The translations under genes and the position numbers were made by a program. A stretch of 38,663 bases of DNA. Source: an uncultured Acidimicrobiales bacterium (GTDB lineage Bacteria; Actinomycetota; Acidimicrobiia; Acidimicrobiales; SZUA-35). Numbering within the stretch: position 1 is the stretch's first letter; each line of letters opens with the position of its first letter. Positions 9,624-19,812 of the stretch are shown here, piece by piece. Below the pieces are notes generated by a model that was not told the DNA's origin, made no database searches, and saw only the letters and a list, made by a program, of their open reading frames with translations. Location: the NCBI GenBank assembly GCA_937930655.1, contig CALHBU010000113.1, forward strand, positions 1 to 38,663, written 5' to 3'.

Positions 9624-9637
9624 GGGCCCATGGGCCC
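9624..9637. promoter_or_regulatory. Perfect 14-bp palindrome GGGCCCATGGGCCC (candidate operator); a related 10-bp palindrome CTGGGCCCAG lies at 9661-9670
   Basis: Read directly. Both lie in the 189-nt gap between the CPBP stop and the Zn-ribbon start. Confidence 0.3.
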
Positions 9638-9731
9638 TTTGCGGGACATCGTCTAGTGCGCTGGGCCCAGTGTTTCCGACCTAGGAAAGCCCGAGCCAGC
9701 TCCACCTAGTTATCGGGGAGAGAGCAGAGAG

Positions 9732-10454
9732 TTAGAGCAAAACAGCGACCGTGGCACCGTTGAACGCCACATGCATGGCCCATGCTGGTCCCAGCCGGCC
9801 GCTGTGAGTCACCAGGGCGCCAGCCACCAAGCCGAAGACGAACAAGCCTGCGGCTTGCAACGGTTGGAAGTGGACCGCAGAGAACACAAACGCCTGAAGG
9901 GCCACTGCCGGCCATCGGCCCATGTACTGAAGCAATGCCTGCAACAGCAGGCCCCGGAAAAAGAACTCTTCCACTAGGGGAGCCAGTACGACAACGACCA
10001 GGATCAGCAACAGCCGATCGGTATTGGTCGACACCAGCTCCATCAGCCGCCGAGCAACCTCGCTGGGGTCCTGGTCGACGAAGAAGAGGATCGGGAAGTA
10101 CAGGGCGGGAATGATGACGAACTGGGTCACCAGACCGGCAGCGAAGCCAATGCCGGCGTCCTCTGGCTTTACGGCTGACAAATAGTCGAGCCGCGGGCCT
10201 CGGCCACGCAGGCTGGCGGTCAGCCACGGACCGATGCCGTAGGCCACCACGAAGCCGATCTGCAGCACGGTTCTGGTCGACATGGGAATGGATTCGGGCT
10301 GTTCGCCGTTGTGAAGAAGTTGAAGTACGGCGACAAACCAAACTGCTCCACCGACGTGCGCTACCACTAACCACAACCGGGCGTCAGGCAAACCCCACCG
10401 CACCTCGGGGTGTTCTCGGCCGGTCTCACCGGCTGCCGACGGGCTGACGTCCAC
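9732..10454 (-). CDS. CPBP-family intramembrane glutamic endopeptidase (CAAX protease-like)
   Basis: 240 aa and multi-TM. Canonical CPBP motifs are present: VEEFFFRG (EExxxR), FSAVHF (FxxxH), HVAFN (HxxxN). GTG start. Confidence 0.8.
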   Translation of the reverse strand: MDVSPSAAGETGREHPEVRWGLPDARLWLVVAHVGGAVWFVAVLQLLHNGEQPESIPMSTRTVLQIGFVVAYGIGPWLTASLRGRGPRLDYLSAVKPEDAGIGFAAGLVTQFVIIPALYFPILFFVDQDPSEVARRLMELVSTNTDRLLLILVVVVLAPLVEEFFFRGLLLQALLQYMGRWPAVALQAFVFSAVHFQPLQAAGLFVFGLVAGALVTHSGRLGPAWAMHVAFNGATVAVLL

Positions 10455-10460
10455 CTTTTG

Positions 10461-10466
10461 AGAGTA
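10461..10466 (-). promoter_or_regulatory. Candidate -10 element TACTCT 6 nt before the CPBP GTG start (leaderless-type)
   Basis: The minus strand reads TACTCT-caaaag-GTG. No Shine-Dalgarno is present. Confidence 0.35.
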
Positions 10467-10536
10467 CCGGGTAGCTCAGATCTCAGAGCCAACTGCCGAC
10501 TCAGTTCCTGACCACACGATCGATACAGACCGGACC

Positions 10537-10542
10537 TAAGCT
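10537..10542 (+). promoter_or_regulatory. Candidate -10 element TAAGCT placed exactly 6 nt before the ftsH ATG (leaderless-type arrangement)
   Basis: TAAGCT-tgcatc-ATG. It fits the actinobacterial TANNNT -10 consensus, with the start codon at the predicted +1. No Shine-Dalgarno is present. Confidence 0.4.
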
Positions 10543-10548
10543 TGCATC

Positions 10549-12480
10549 ATGGCTGACAAAAGTTCTCCGCCACCCCCTCCCTCTGGCCGAAACCCTCGGC
10601 TGCCCGGCCGCTCTGAAGGCGGCTGGCCACGCTGGTCGGTCTGGGTTGTCGTCGGTGTTTTCGCGGCGCTTCTCGCCATCATGACCACGCTCAACCCCGC
10701 TCCGGATAACGAGGTGACCTACACCGAGTTCCTGCAGGACGTCGAGGCAGGCAAGGTCGACTCCATCACCTTCGACAACACAACGGCCCGCATCGAGGGC
10801 GAGTTCACTGGCGGCGAGACCTTCAAGACGACAGGGCTGCCTGAATGGCCAGAGGACGATCTCGCCATCCTTCGTGCGAACGACGTGGAGATTACGCCGG
10901 AGACACCCACCGGCAACTTCTTCCTCAGTCTGATCCCTCTGTTCCTACCGTTCATGATCGTCATTGGCTTCTTCTGGTGGATGGCTCGCCGGCAGCAGTC
11001 GCAGATGGGCGGCATCATGTCGATTGGCCGTTCAAAGGCCAAGACCTACACCACCGAACGGCCAGGCACGACCTTCTCCGACGTAGCCGGCTACGCCGCG
11101 GTCAAGCAAGAGGTCACCGAAGTCATCGACTTTCTGAAGGATCCAGGCCAGTTCAGCGAAATTGGCGCTCGCATCCCCAAGGGCGTCCTTCTGGTTGGTC
11201 CTCCCGGCACCGGCAAAACCCTGATCGCCAGGGCTGTTGCCGGCGAGGCCGGCGTGCCCTTCCTGTCGGTTACCGGTTCGGACTTCATGGAGATGTTTGT
11301 TGGCGTCGGCGCCAGCCGTGTCCGGGACCTGTTCAACGAGGCCCGCAAACTTGGTCGGGCCATCATCTTCGTCGACGAGATCGACTCCATCGGCCGCAAG
11401 CGGGGCGCAGGCCTTGGCGGCGGGCACGATGAGCGTGAGCAGACGCTGAACCAGATGCTGGCCGAAATGGATGGCTTCGAGGCCACCGAGGGCATCGTGA
11501 TGATGGCCGCCACCAACCGGCCCGACATCCTCGACCCTGCCCTCCTCCGGCCCGGTCGATTCGACCGCCAAGTCGTTGTCCCGCTTCCTGAACTAGAGGA
11601 CCGCAAGGAAATCCTCGGCGTTCACATCAAGCACAAGAAGATGGCCGAGGATGTCGACATCGACGTCATCGCCCGTGGCACACCGGGAATGAGCGGTGCC
11701 GACCTGGCCAACCTGGTCAACGAAGCAGCGCTCTTCGCAGTGCGCAACGGCGACACACGAGTCCAAGCTCAGCACTTCGAGATGGCTCGAGACCGTGTAC
11801 TGATGGGCGTCAAACGAGACTCCATGGTGCTGTCGGCGGCCGAGCGTGAAGCGGTCGCCTACCACGAGACCGGCCACGCTCTCTGCGCTGCTCTCCTACC
11901 CAACGCCGACCCGCTTCACAAGGTCACCATCATCCCCAGCGGTATGGCACTCGGCGTGACCATGCAGCTGCCAGAAGAAGACCGCCACATCTACCGCCGT
12001 GACTACATCGAGGATCGCCTCGTTGTGATGCTGGGCGGCCGTATGGCAGAAGAGCTGGTCTTCGACATGACCTCAACCGGCGCATCTGACGACCTCATGA
12101 AAGCCACCGAAACGGCTCAGAAGATGGTCAAGGAGTGGGGTATGAGCGAGAAGGTTGGCCCCATGGCCTGGGGCGGCGGCGGTCAGGTATTCCTCGGAGA
12201 CAGCATGATGAACTCCCAGGAATTCTCTGATGAGACGGCACGAGTCATCGACGAAGAAACACAGCGAATCCTCCTCGCGATGGAAGACCGTTGTCGAGAC
12301 CTTCTCACCAAGAACCGGAATGCACTCGATCTAGTGGCCCGCAACCTGCTCGAGATGGAAACCATCGATGGAGCCGAGGTCAATCGCCTCATCGGCATCG
12401 CCAACGAGCCTGGCCCCGGCACCCCATCTACCGGTGATTCCGCTAGTGGGGCAGTGCCTGTCGTAGCTCCTCTGGAGTAA
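10549..12480 (+). CDS. ftsH: ATP-dependent zinc metalloprotease FtsH
   Basis: 643 aa. It has two N-terminal TM helices, Walker A GPPGTGKT, Walker B IIFVDEID, second region of homology [20 protein letters not shown], and the zinc site HETGHAL. Confidence 0.96.
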   Translation: MADKSSPPPPPSGRNPRLPGRSEGGWPRWSVWVVVGVFAALLAIMTTLNPAPDNEVTYTEFLQDVEAGKVDSITFDNTTARIEGEFTGGETFKTTGLPEWPEDDLAILRANDVEITPETPTGNFFLSLIPLFLPFMIVIGFFWWMARRQQSQMGGIMSIGRSKAKTYTTERPGTTFSDVAGYAAVKQEVTEVIDFLKDPGQFSEIGARIPKGVLLVGPPGTGKTLIARAVAGEAGVPFLSVTGSDFMEMFVGVGASRVRDLFNEARKLGRAIIFVDEIDSIGRKRGAGLGGGHDEREQTLNQMLAEMDGFEATEGIVMMAATNRPDILDPALLRPGRFDRQVVVPLPELEDRKEILGVHIKHKKMAEDVDIDVIARGTPGMSGADLANLVNEAALFAVRNGDTRVQAQHFEMARDRVLMGVKRDSMVLSAAEREAVAYHETGHALCAALLPNADPLHKVTIIPSGMALGVTMQLPEEDRHIYRRDYIEDRLVVMLGGRMAEELVFDMTSTGASDDLMKATETAQKMVKEWGMSEKVGPMAWGGGGQVFLGDSMMNSQEFSDETARVIDEETQRILLAMEDRCRDLLTKNRNALDLVARNLLEMETIDGAEVNRLIGIANEPGPGTPSTGDSASGAVPVVAPLE

Positions 12481-12844
12481 TCGGTCCGAAGAACGGCTGC
12501 TGCACCACCCCGTGAGGATCAACCACCAAGGTGGTCGGCACGCCGTCGATCTTGTACCGCTTGTGAAGTGCCGCGTCGTCTTCAACGGCAATTCGCTGTA
12601 CGACGGTGTCGGGCCGATCCAACCCACCGACCAGTTCCCAAACACCGCGACAGCTGTCGCAGGTCTTGGACGTGAAGACAACGATGAGGATTGGCCGATC
12701 GGCCGGATCGAAATCGGCTCGGTCAATCTGTGTCGGAGCGCGATAGGACGGAGCCGATGGCGCTTCCGGGCGTCGACGCTGCAGCAGCAGGGCCACCCCG
12801 ACGGCCAGTGCACTCAGCACAACAAGCACAATGAGCCTCGTCAT
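12443..12844 (-). CDS. Membrane-anchored thioredoxin-fold protein (CxxC)
   Basis: 133 aa. It has an N-terminal TM anchor, an active-site-like TSKTCDSCRG, and cis-Pro-region-like GVPTTLVVD. Its 3' end overlaps the ftsH 3' end convergently (12443-12480). Confidence 0.7.
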   Translation of the reverse strand: MTRLIVLVVLSALAVGVALLLQRRRPEAPSAPSYRAPTQIDRADFDPADRPILIVVFTSKTCDSCRGVWELVGGLDRPDTVVQRIAVEDDAALHKRYKIDGVPTTLVVDPHGVVQQPFFGPITPEELRQALPH

Positions 12845-12892
12845 TGGCTACGCCCCGTCATCGAATGGGCCCAGTTATTGTTCGAGGACCAG

Positions 12893-14497
12893 TCATTGTT
12901 CGAGGAACGGTACCGCCGGCACCACATTGAGTCGGAGGCCTTCAACAACCACCTGCGCTTCAACAACCACCGGCTCTGTCCCTGTGACCAGAATCGGAGC
13001 CGCGGCGACGGCTGCCGACACAGGGAGGGTGACGATGCCGGAGCCGGGAATGGTTGAGCGGACCGGCGGCAGGAGCTCACCAGCAAGCACCAGCTGATAC
13101 TCAACCAGCGTTCCCGGCGGTCCAGAGATCACAATGGCGGTGGACTCGGACTCGTCGAGCTCGACCCATGGAACAACCCATCGGGTTGACGAAACCTCGG
13201 CACCACGACTGCTAGCAATACCGGCGCTAGGCGTTGCCTGGCTGGGAAGGGCGGTGGGCTCCACCTCAAGTTCCTCCTCCGGAACCTCGGTCTCGCCTGC
13301 ATCGGTCTGGAACAGAGCATTCGGAAACAGAGCGGCTCGCCCGAAGATCCCCCGCCCCGAGACACCGACGATCCTGCTTTCAGCACCGCCAGCGCCAATG
13401 AGCTCGGTATCAATCGGTGGCGCAGCATGCCAACGCTCGGCCACTACCGGCACGTCGTTGGCCGAGGTAACCCTCACGCCGAGATCGAGGGGCAGTGGAA
13501 CCCCGTAGCCCTGGACTGCTTCAAGAAGGTCGAGCACGACGAACCGACCGGGCTGGACCGTGACCTCGATCGGCACCAGGCCATAGGTGGTTCGCACGTC
13601 GGGATCGAGCTCGAACTCGACGTCGACCTCCGCCAGGTCAACAGTGGGATTGAAGACGACCAGCCGCTGGTCACCGCCCTCATGAATCCGACCGGCAGGA
13701 ATCGCCCATTGGATGGCAGGAGCAGCGACACCGAGTTGCAGAGTCGATCCTCGCGGCCCGAGCGAACCGTCAAACATCTGCAACCTCTCCACCGCCAGTT
13801 GCCCCTGCACCGTCTGAATGGTGGTGGCCACATGGCTCTCTCTGGTGACGAACTCTTCCACTCGAATGACTCTCACCGAGCGACCAGACACCACCGCAGA
13901 CTGAAGGTCCACTGGCTTCCGGGTCCTGCCGGTGGTCTGGAAGGTGACGTCGAAGACAACGTCCTCGGGGAACGGGTTCAGGAGGGCAATGAACTCGGTG
14001 CTGTCTCGGGTTGTGACGCCGTCGGCGAACAACCACGAGTCAGACGTCTTGGTCAGGCATGGTCCCTGCGTGACGCCCCGGAGGCTGGTGATCGTGTGAC
14101 CGACAACCCCAAGACCATCGACGATCTCGACTGTGGCGGCCAGGTTCGGGGCGGGGTCCAGGGCGGCAACATCAACGATCTCGGTACTCAGAGGCGCAAC
14201 GAGAAGCTGCAAACCGGGACCCGGACCATCACCGGTGACCAGATCAATATTGGCAGTTGCCGGAGCATCGCCAAGGTTGGTAATGGCCAGCTGATGGGTT
14301 GCGTAGCCGCCCGTTGCTCCTGATCCGACTGGGCAATACCAGACGTTGGAGAGGCGGTCGGTTGTCTCGATCGCCGGAATGACCGGCCGAGCTTCGACCG
14401 GCGCCGTCTCCAACTCCGGGGCAATATCGAGACGGTCGTAGACAACACCGGCCACCAACAGGCCAAGGGTGAGGGCGATGATCAACCAACGACTCAT
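12893..14497 (-). CDS. Membrane-anchored, predicted extracytoplasmic protein of unknown function (resembles actinobacterial DUF5719-type partners of large GT2 proteins)
   Basis: I place the start at ATG 14497 (MSRWLIIALTLGLLVAGVVY...), giving 534 aa. This ATG overlaps the TGA of the upstream GT2 gene (ATGA 14494-14497). The track's 894-aa version extends upstream through an Arg-rich, non-protein-like stretch that overlaps the real GT2 frame. The DUF5719 label is from memory of annotation patterns. Confidence 0.65.
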   Translation of the reverse strand: MSRWLIIALTLGLLVAGVVYDRLDIAPELETAPVEARPVIPAIETTDRLSNVWYCPVGSGATGGYATHQLAITNLGDAPATANIDLVTGDGPGPGLQLLVAPLSTEIVDVAALDPAPNLAATVEIVDGLGVVGHTITSLRGVTQGPCLTKTSDSWLFADGVTTRDSTEFIALLNPFPEDVVFDVTFQTTGRTRKPVDLQSAVVSGRSVRVIRVEEFVTRESHVATTIQTVQGQLAVERLQMFDGSLGPRGSTLQLGVAAPAIQWAIPAGRIHEGGDQRLVVFNPTVDLAEVDVEFELDPDVRTTYGLVPIEVTVQPGRFVVLDLLEAVQGYGVPLPLDLGVRVTSANDVPVVAERWHAAPPIDTELIGAGGAESRIVGVSGRGIFGRAALFPNALFQTDAGETEVPEEELEVEPTALPSQATPSAGIASSRGAEVSSTRWVVPWVELDESESTAIVISGPPGTLVEYQLVLAGELLPPVRSTIPGSGIVTLPVSAAVAAAPILVTGTEPVVVEAQVVVEGLRLNVVPAVPFLEQ

Positions 14498-17400
14498 GGC
14501 GAGTCCTCGAGGCGTGACTGGGCCAACATGGCGCCGGCACCGATGAGGAACAGCTGACCAAGTAGGGCGAACCTGCGGAGCCACGGCGCAGGACGGCTGA
14601 GGGAAAGACCACCATCGGAAATTTCGGCGCTTGTTCCAGCGCCGTCGACCACGAGCAAGCCGCCGAACGCCTCCGACAAACTGGCACTGTCGCTGCCTTC
14701 GCCCTCGAGAACCCATCCATCTGCCTGTACGGCAACCAGGATGCGGGACCCGGCAACATCCGGAGGCTTCATGAGGGCGATCGAAGGTCGCAGCTCCTCC
14801 CCCACTGAAAGTCGGGTACCTGACGTGAGGTCGGTGTTGAGACGGGTCACGGTGTCGCCGCCTGGTGGCAGGTTGGCGTCGTCGGGAAAGGCAACCAATG
14901 GCCCTCGGGCACCCACGTTTCGGTAGACGACGAGCCCCGGGGTTCCCGAGACCCGTTGCAGATCGAGCTGTTGGGCCAACGCGCTGCCTATGCCTCCGCC
15001 CGCATCGTGGCTGGGCCCGACATACGGGGCCGGTGCCAGCTGCTCGGCGACAACGATCAGATCGATCCCGTAGGGAGCCAGCAACCGCCCCAACCTTGCA
15101 GTGTCGCCGGCTGATGCCAGATCGAGACTGGCCCCGATGTCGTTCTCGAACCCGTAGGTGGTCGGAGCCCATCGCCCGAACACCGTCGGAGTCCCACCGT
15201 CGCTGACGGCGAAGGATGTGCCGCCAGTTGAGGATGAGGCATCGATCGGCAACACCACCGGACTCCCGATCCACAGAACCCGGGCTGGACCGTCGTACTG
15301 AGCGGCAAGAAGGGTGGTGGAACGGCCGAAGCCCTGAGTGGGTTGATCCCAGCGCCCGCTGGAGGCGGAGCCCAGTAGCGACAGCGCCGTCGCGGCCAAC
15401 GCCACGACTCCCACGAACGATGCCATGTGACGCCAACCAAAGCGATAACCGACGAGATCGACGTCGACCGCCCTGGCCCCCGCTCCCACCGCGAGCGACA
15501 AACCAACGGCGGCTGGAACGAGGAGAAGCTCGACTGATGGCAGGTCCATCGGCAACCAACCTCGCCGAGAGACCCACGCCAGGCCGAAGAAGGCCACGGC
15601 CATGAACCAGCCTCTGACAGCCGCCTCATAGCGGATTGAGTTGGCGATGAGCAGTGAAAGGCCGGCGGCCAGGAGCAGCCCGAAGGGAAGAATGCGCCCG
15701 GGATCACCGTCGGGGGCGAATCGGATGAGGTCGGCCAGCGAGTCAAAGGTGGCCTCGGGCGACGGTGGCCCAATGAACCAATTCCATTCGAAGTTCCGCA
15801 CAATGTCGATGGTCCATGGCCCGTGCAGAGCTGCAGGCACGACAACCGCAACAACGACCGCCAGAAAAAGATTCTTCATGCCTGCAACTCGGCCTGAAAG
15901 AAACGAGCCGACCATCAAGCTGGCGGCCAGCAACACGGCGAGCACGACAGCAGCCGGCACAAAGGTGGCAACGACCGCCACGAGAAAACCGAAGCGGAGG
16001 AGGCGGATTGGCAGTTCTCGCTGAATCACCGTGGCGCCAATGAGGCCAGAGGAGGTTCCGTACGGGGCCAGGCCCTGCACCCGAAGGAGCGAAGCAACGA
16101 CGAATGGGGCCCCTCCCCACACCATCAGACTGTCCCATCGGCCGGCGGCCATGATCGCCACCAGCAGCGGGTTGCCGGCGTAGGCCAGAGCGGCCAAGGC
16201 CGAAGCACGAGCCGAGGCCAGGGGTCGAGCGAGCCGCCAGGCGCCAACAACGCCAAGACACAACGGCACGAGGACGAGCAGGAGATCGAGTAAACCGTCG
16301 GCCCAGAAGAAAAGCGCCTTGAGAACGCCGAGGACGGCGAACGCCAGAGGGGCATGACCACGACCGCCGACACCAGCCGACCGCCAGTCACCGAGCCACT
16401 CCCCCAGCAGCGGGCCGGCACCGGGCAAGGTAAGAAACTGCCCAACGGGAGTCACGCCATCGGTAATCAGGCTTCGACTTCCGAACAGCAGAATGATGGT
16501 CAGAAGCCCGCCGATGATCGAAGCATCACGGACCGCACTGGAGTCGTCGCCGCTAAAGGAGTCCCGGACACTTCCAGCCAACGACAACAGCCGGTCGCTG
16601 ACCGAGAACTGGCCGCGGAAGAACTGGTTGATCCTTGCCGAGCCGCCCACTTGGAGGGCGTGCACATCACGGTCCCCTACTTGACGCAGGGGCGCCAACG
16701 TGGCCCGCCGAGCCCTAATGTCACCGAGCCGGGTGGCGTTCCAGGCAACAGCAGACAGAGCCGATCCAGCCTGTTTGCGACGGCCAGCCGCTAACGAGTA
16801 CACAGCCTCAAGCACCAGCAGCAACACCGCCAGTGGCACGACTCGAAGAAGCGAGAACCGGGACGAGGTGACGAGGAGGGTGCGTAACCGATTCCGACTC
16901 AGTCGTCGTCGCCGTTCGTCGACCGAACGATCCCTGGCGGGAAGAGCTTCCGACGCCGTCCCGACCCGGCCGGCTCGAACCCTGGCCACAGCGGCGGGCA
17001 CCGCCACCACCCGAGCGCCAGCAACCTGGGCCCGCCAACAAAGATCGAGATCTTCGCTGGCGGACTCCATGAGTGCGTCGAAACCCTCGAGGGCCCGAAA
17101 AAGGTCGGCCCGGACCAGCTGCACCCCGGTGGGGGCAACAAAGACATCCCGGACCCCGTCGTACTGCTCCTGATCGAAGTCGCCCGGCTCGACAAGGTCG
17201 ACCTGCACCCCGAACCGGTCCGAACCCATACCTATGGCGGCCAGCCGCCGTGGATCGTCCCACTGGACCAGCTTGGGCGTGACCATCCCGGCGTTCGATC
17301 GGTAGAGCTCTTCCACCAACTTGGACACGCAGTTCTCGTCCAACGCCACACCGTCGGACAGGAAGAGGAAGAACGAGCCGCCGGTCACAAGACTCAGGGC

Positions 17401-17787
17401 CTGGTTGGCAGCACCGGCAAAGCCGGGAAGACCACCGAGCCGATGCACGTTGGCCTCGGGGAGGATGGCGGCCACCTGGTCGGCGACAGCATCAGGGCCA
17501 GCATCGATGACCAACACGCTCAAGTTGCGATAGTCCTGGTCGGCGAGCGATTGGAGGGTGATGCTGAGATCATCCGGTTGGGGTTCGGCTAGCCCCTCAA
17601 CCAGGAGCTGGTCGGGCCCAGATGGGTCGGCCTCCGAGCTGTCATCCGGTACCGGCGCGACCGGTGCCTGCGCAACAGATGAACGGGTCACCAATACGGC
17701 CACCACCGCTGGCACGTTCGCCGTCCCCGTACTCTCATCCGCCGGCGCAGAGCCGGGGGCAGAATCGAGAGCCTGGGAGTCAGTCAC
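14494..17787 (-). CDS. Large family-2 glycosyltransferase fused to a polytopic membrane domain
   Basis: 1097 aa, GTG start. The N-terminal ~330 aa form a GT2 fold (VAVLVT, YRNLSVLVIDAGPD, FLFLSDGV, EDLDLCWR). Roughly a dozen hydrophobic helices follow, then a ~300-aa non-hydrophobic region and a final TM helix (FALLGQLFLIGAGAMLA). Confidence 0.8.
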   Translation of the reverse strand: MTDSQALDSAPGSAPADESTGTANVPAVVAVLVTRSSVAQAPVAPVPDDSSEADPSGPDQLLVEGLAEPQPDDLSITLQSLADQDYRNLSVLVIDAGPDAVADQVAAILPEANVHRLGGLPGFAGAANQALSLVTGGSFFLFLSDGVALDENCVSKLVEELYRSNAGMVTPKLVQWDDPRRLAAIGMGSDRFGVQVDLVEPGDFDQEQYDGVRDVFVAPTGVQLVRADLFRALEGFDALMESASEDLDLCWRAQVAGARVVAVPAAVARVRAGRVGTASEALPARDRSVDERRRRLSRNRLRTLLVTSSRFSLLRVVPLAVLLLVLEAVYSLAAGRRKQAGSALSAVAWNATRLGDIRARRATLAPLRQVGDRDVHALQVGGSARINQFFRGQFSVSDRLLSLAGSVRDSFSGDDSSAVRDASIIGGLLTIILLFGSRSLITDGVTPVGQFLTLPGAGPLLGEWLGDWRSAGVGGRGHAPLAFAVLGVLKALFFWADGLLDLLLVLVPLCLGVVGAWRLARPLASARASALAALAYAGNPLLVAIMAAGRWDSLMVWGGAPFVVASLLRVQGLAPYGTSSGLIGATVIQRELPIRLLRFGFLVAVVATFVPAAVVLAVLLAASLMVGSFLSGRVAGMKNLFLAVVVAVVVPAALHGPWTIDIVRNFEWNWFIGPPSPEATFDSLADLIRFAPDGDPGRILPFGLLLAAGLSLLIANSIRYEAAVRGWFMAVAFFGLAWVSRRGWLPMDLPSVELLLVPAAVGLSLAVGAGARAVDVDLVGYRFGWRHMASFVGVVALAATALSLLGSASSGRWDQPTQGFGRSTTLLAAQYDGPARVLWIGSPVVLPIDASSSTGGTSFAVSDGGTPTVFGRWAPTTYGFENDIGASLDLASAGDTARLGRLLAPYGIDLIVVAEQLAPAPYVGPSHDAGGGIGSALAQQLDLQRVSGTPGLVVYRNVGARGPLVAFPDDANLPPGGDTVTRLNTDLTSGTRLSVGEELRPSIALMKPPDVAGSRILVAVQADGWVLEGEGSDSASLSEAFGGLLVVDGAGTSAEISDGGLSLSRPAPWLRRFALLGQLFLIGAGAMLAQSRLEDSP

Positions 17788-17897
17788 GAAGGCGCCAGGT
17801 TAGCTGCCCGGCACGTTGTGCGGTCTCCATCGGCCTCACCATGCACACACCTCGCCTCGGGCTACTCTCGCGGGGTGATTCCCGCAGGCCATGAGCG

Positions 17898-19809
<1,912 letters not shown>

Positions 19810-19812
19810 CCG

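Noticed and set aside
9490-9705. 71-aa minus-strand ORF in the CPBP/Zn-ribbon intergenic region
   Set aside because: It overlaps the better-supported Zn-ribbon ORF in another frame. The sequence is basic and low-complexity, with no SD.
14498-15577. N-terminal 360-aa extension of ORF 12893-15577
   Set aside because: The extension is Arg/Gly/Ser-rich nonsense that overlaps the well-supported 1097-aa GT2 frame. The ATG at 14497 gives a signal-anchor N-terminus and an ATGA coupling overlap with the upstream stop.
17788-17897. Hidden whiB-like small gene in the divergent GT2/rmd intergenic region
   Set aside because: The gap is 110 nt and has no ORF with a four-Cys WhiB pattern on either strand. 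It most simply holds divergent promoters.
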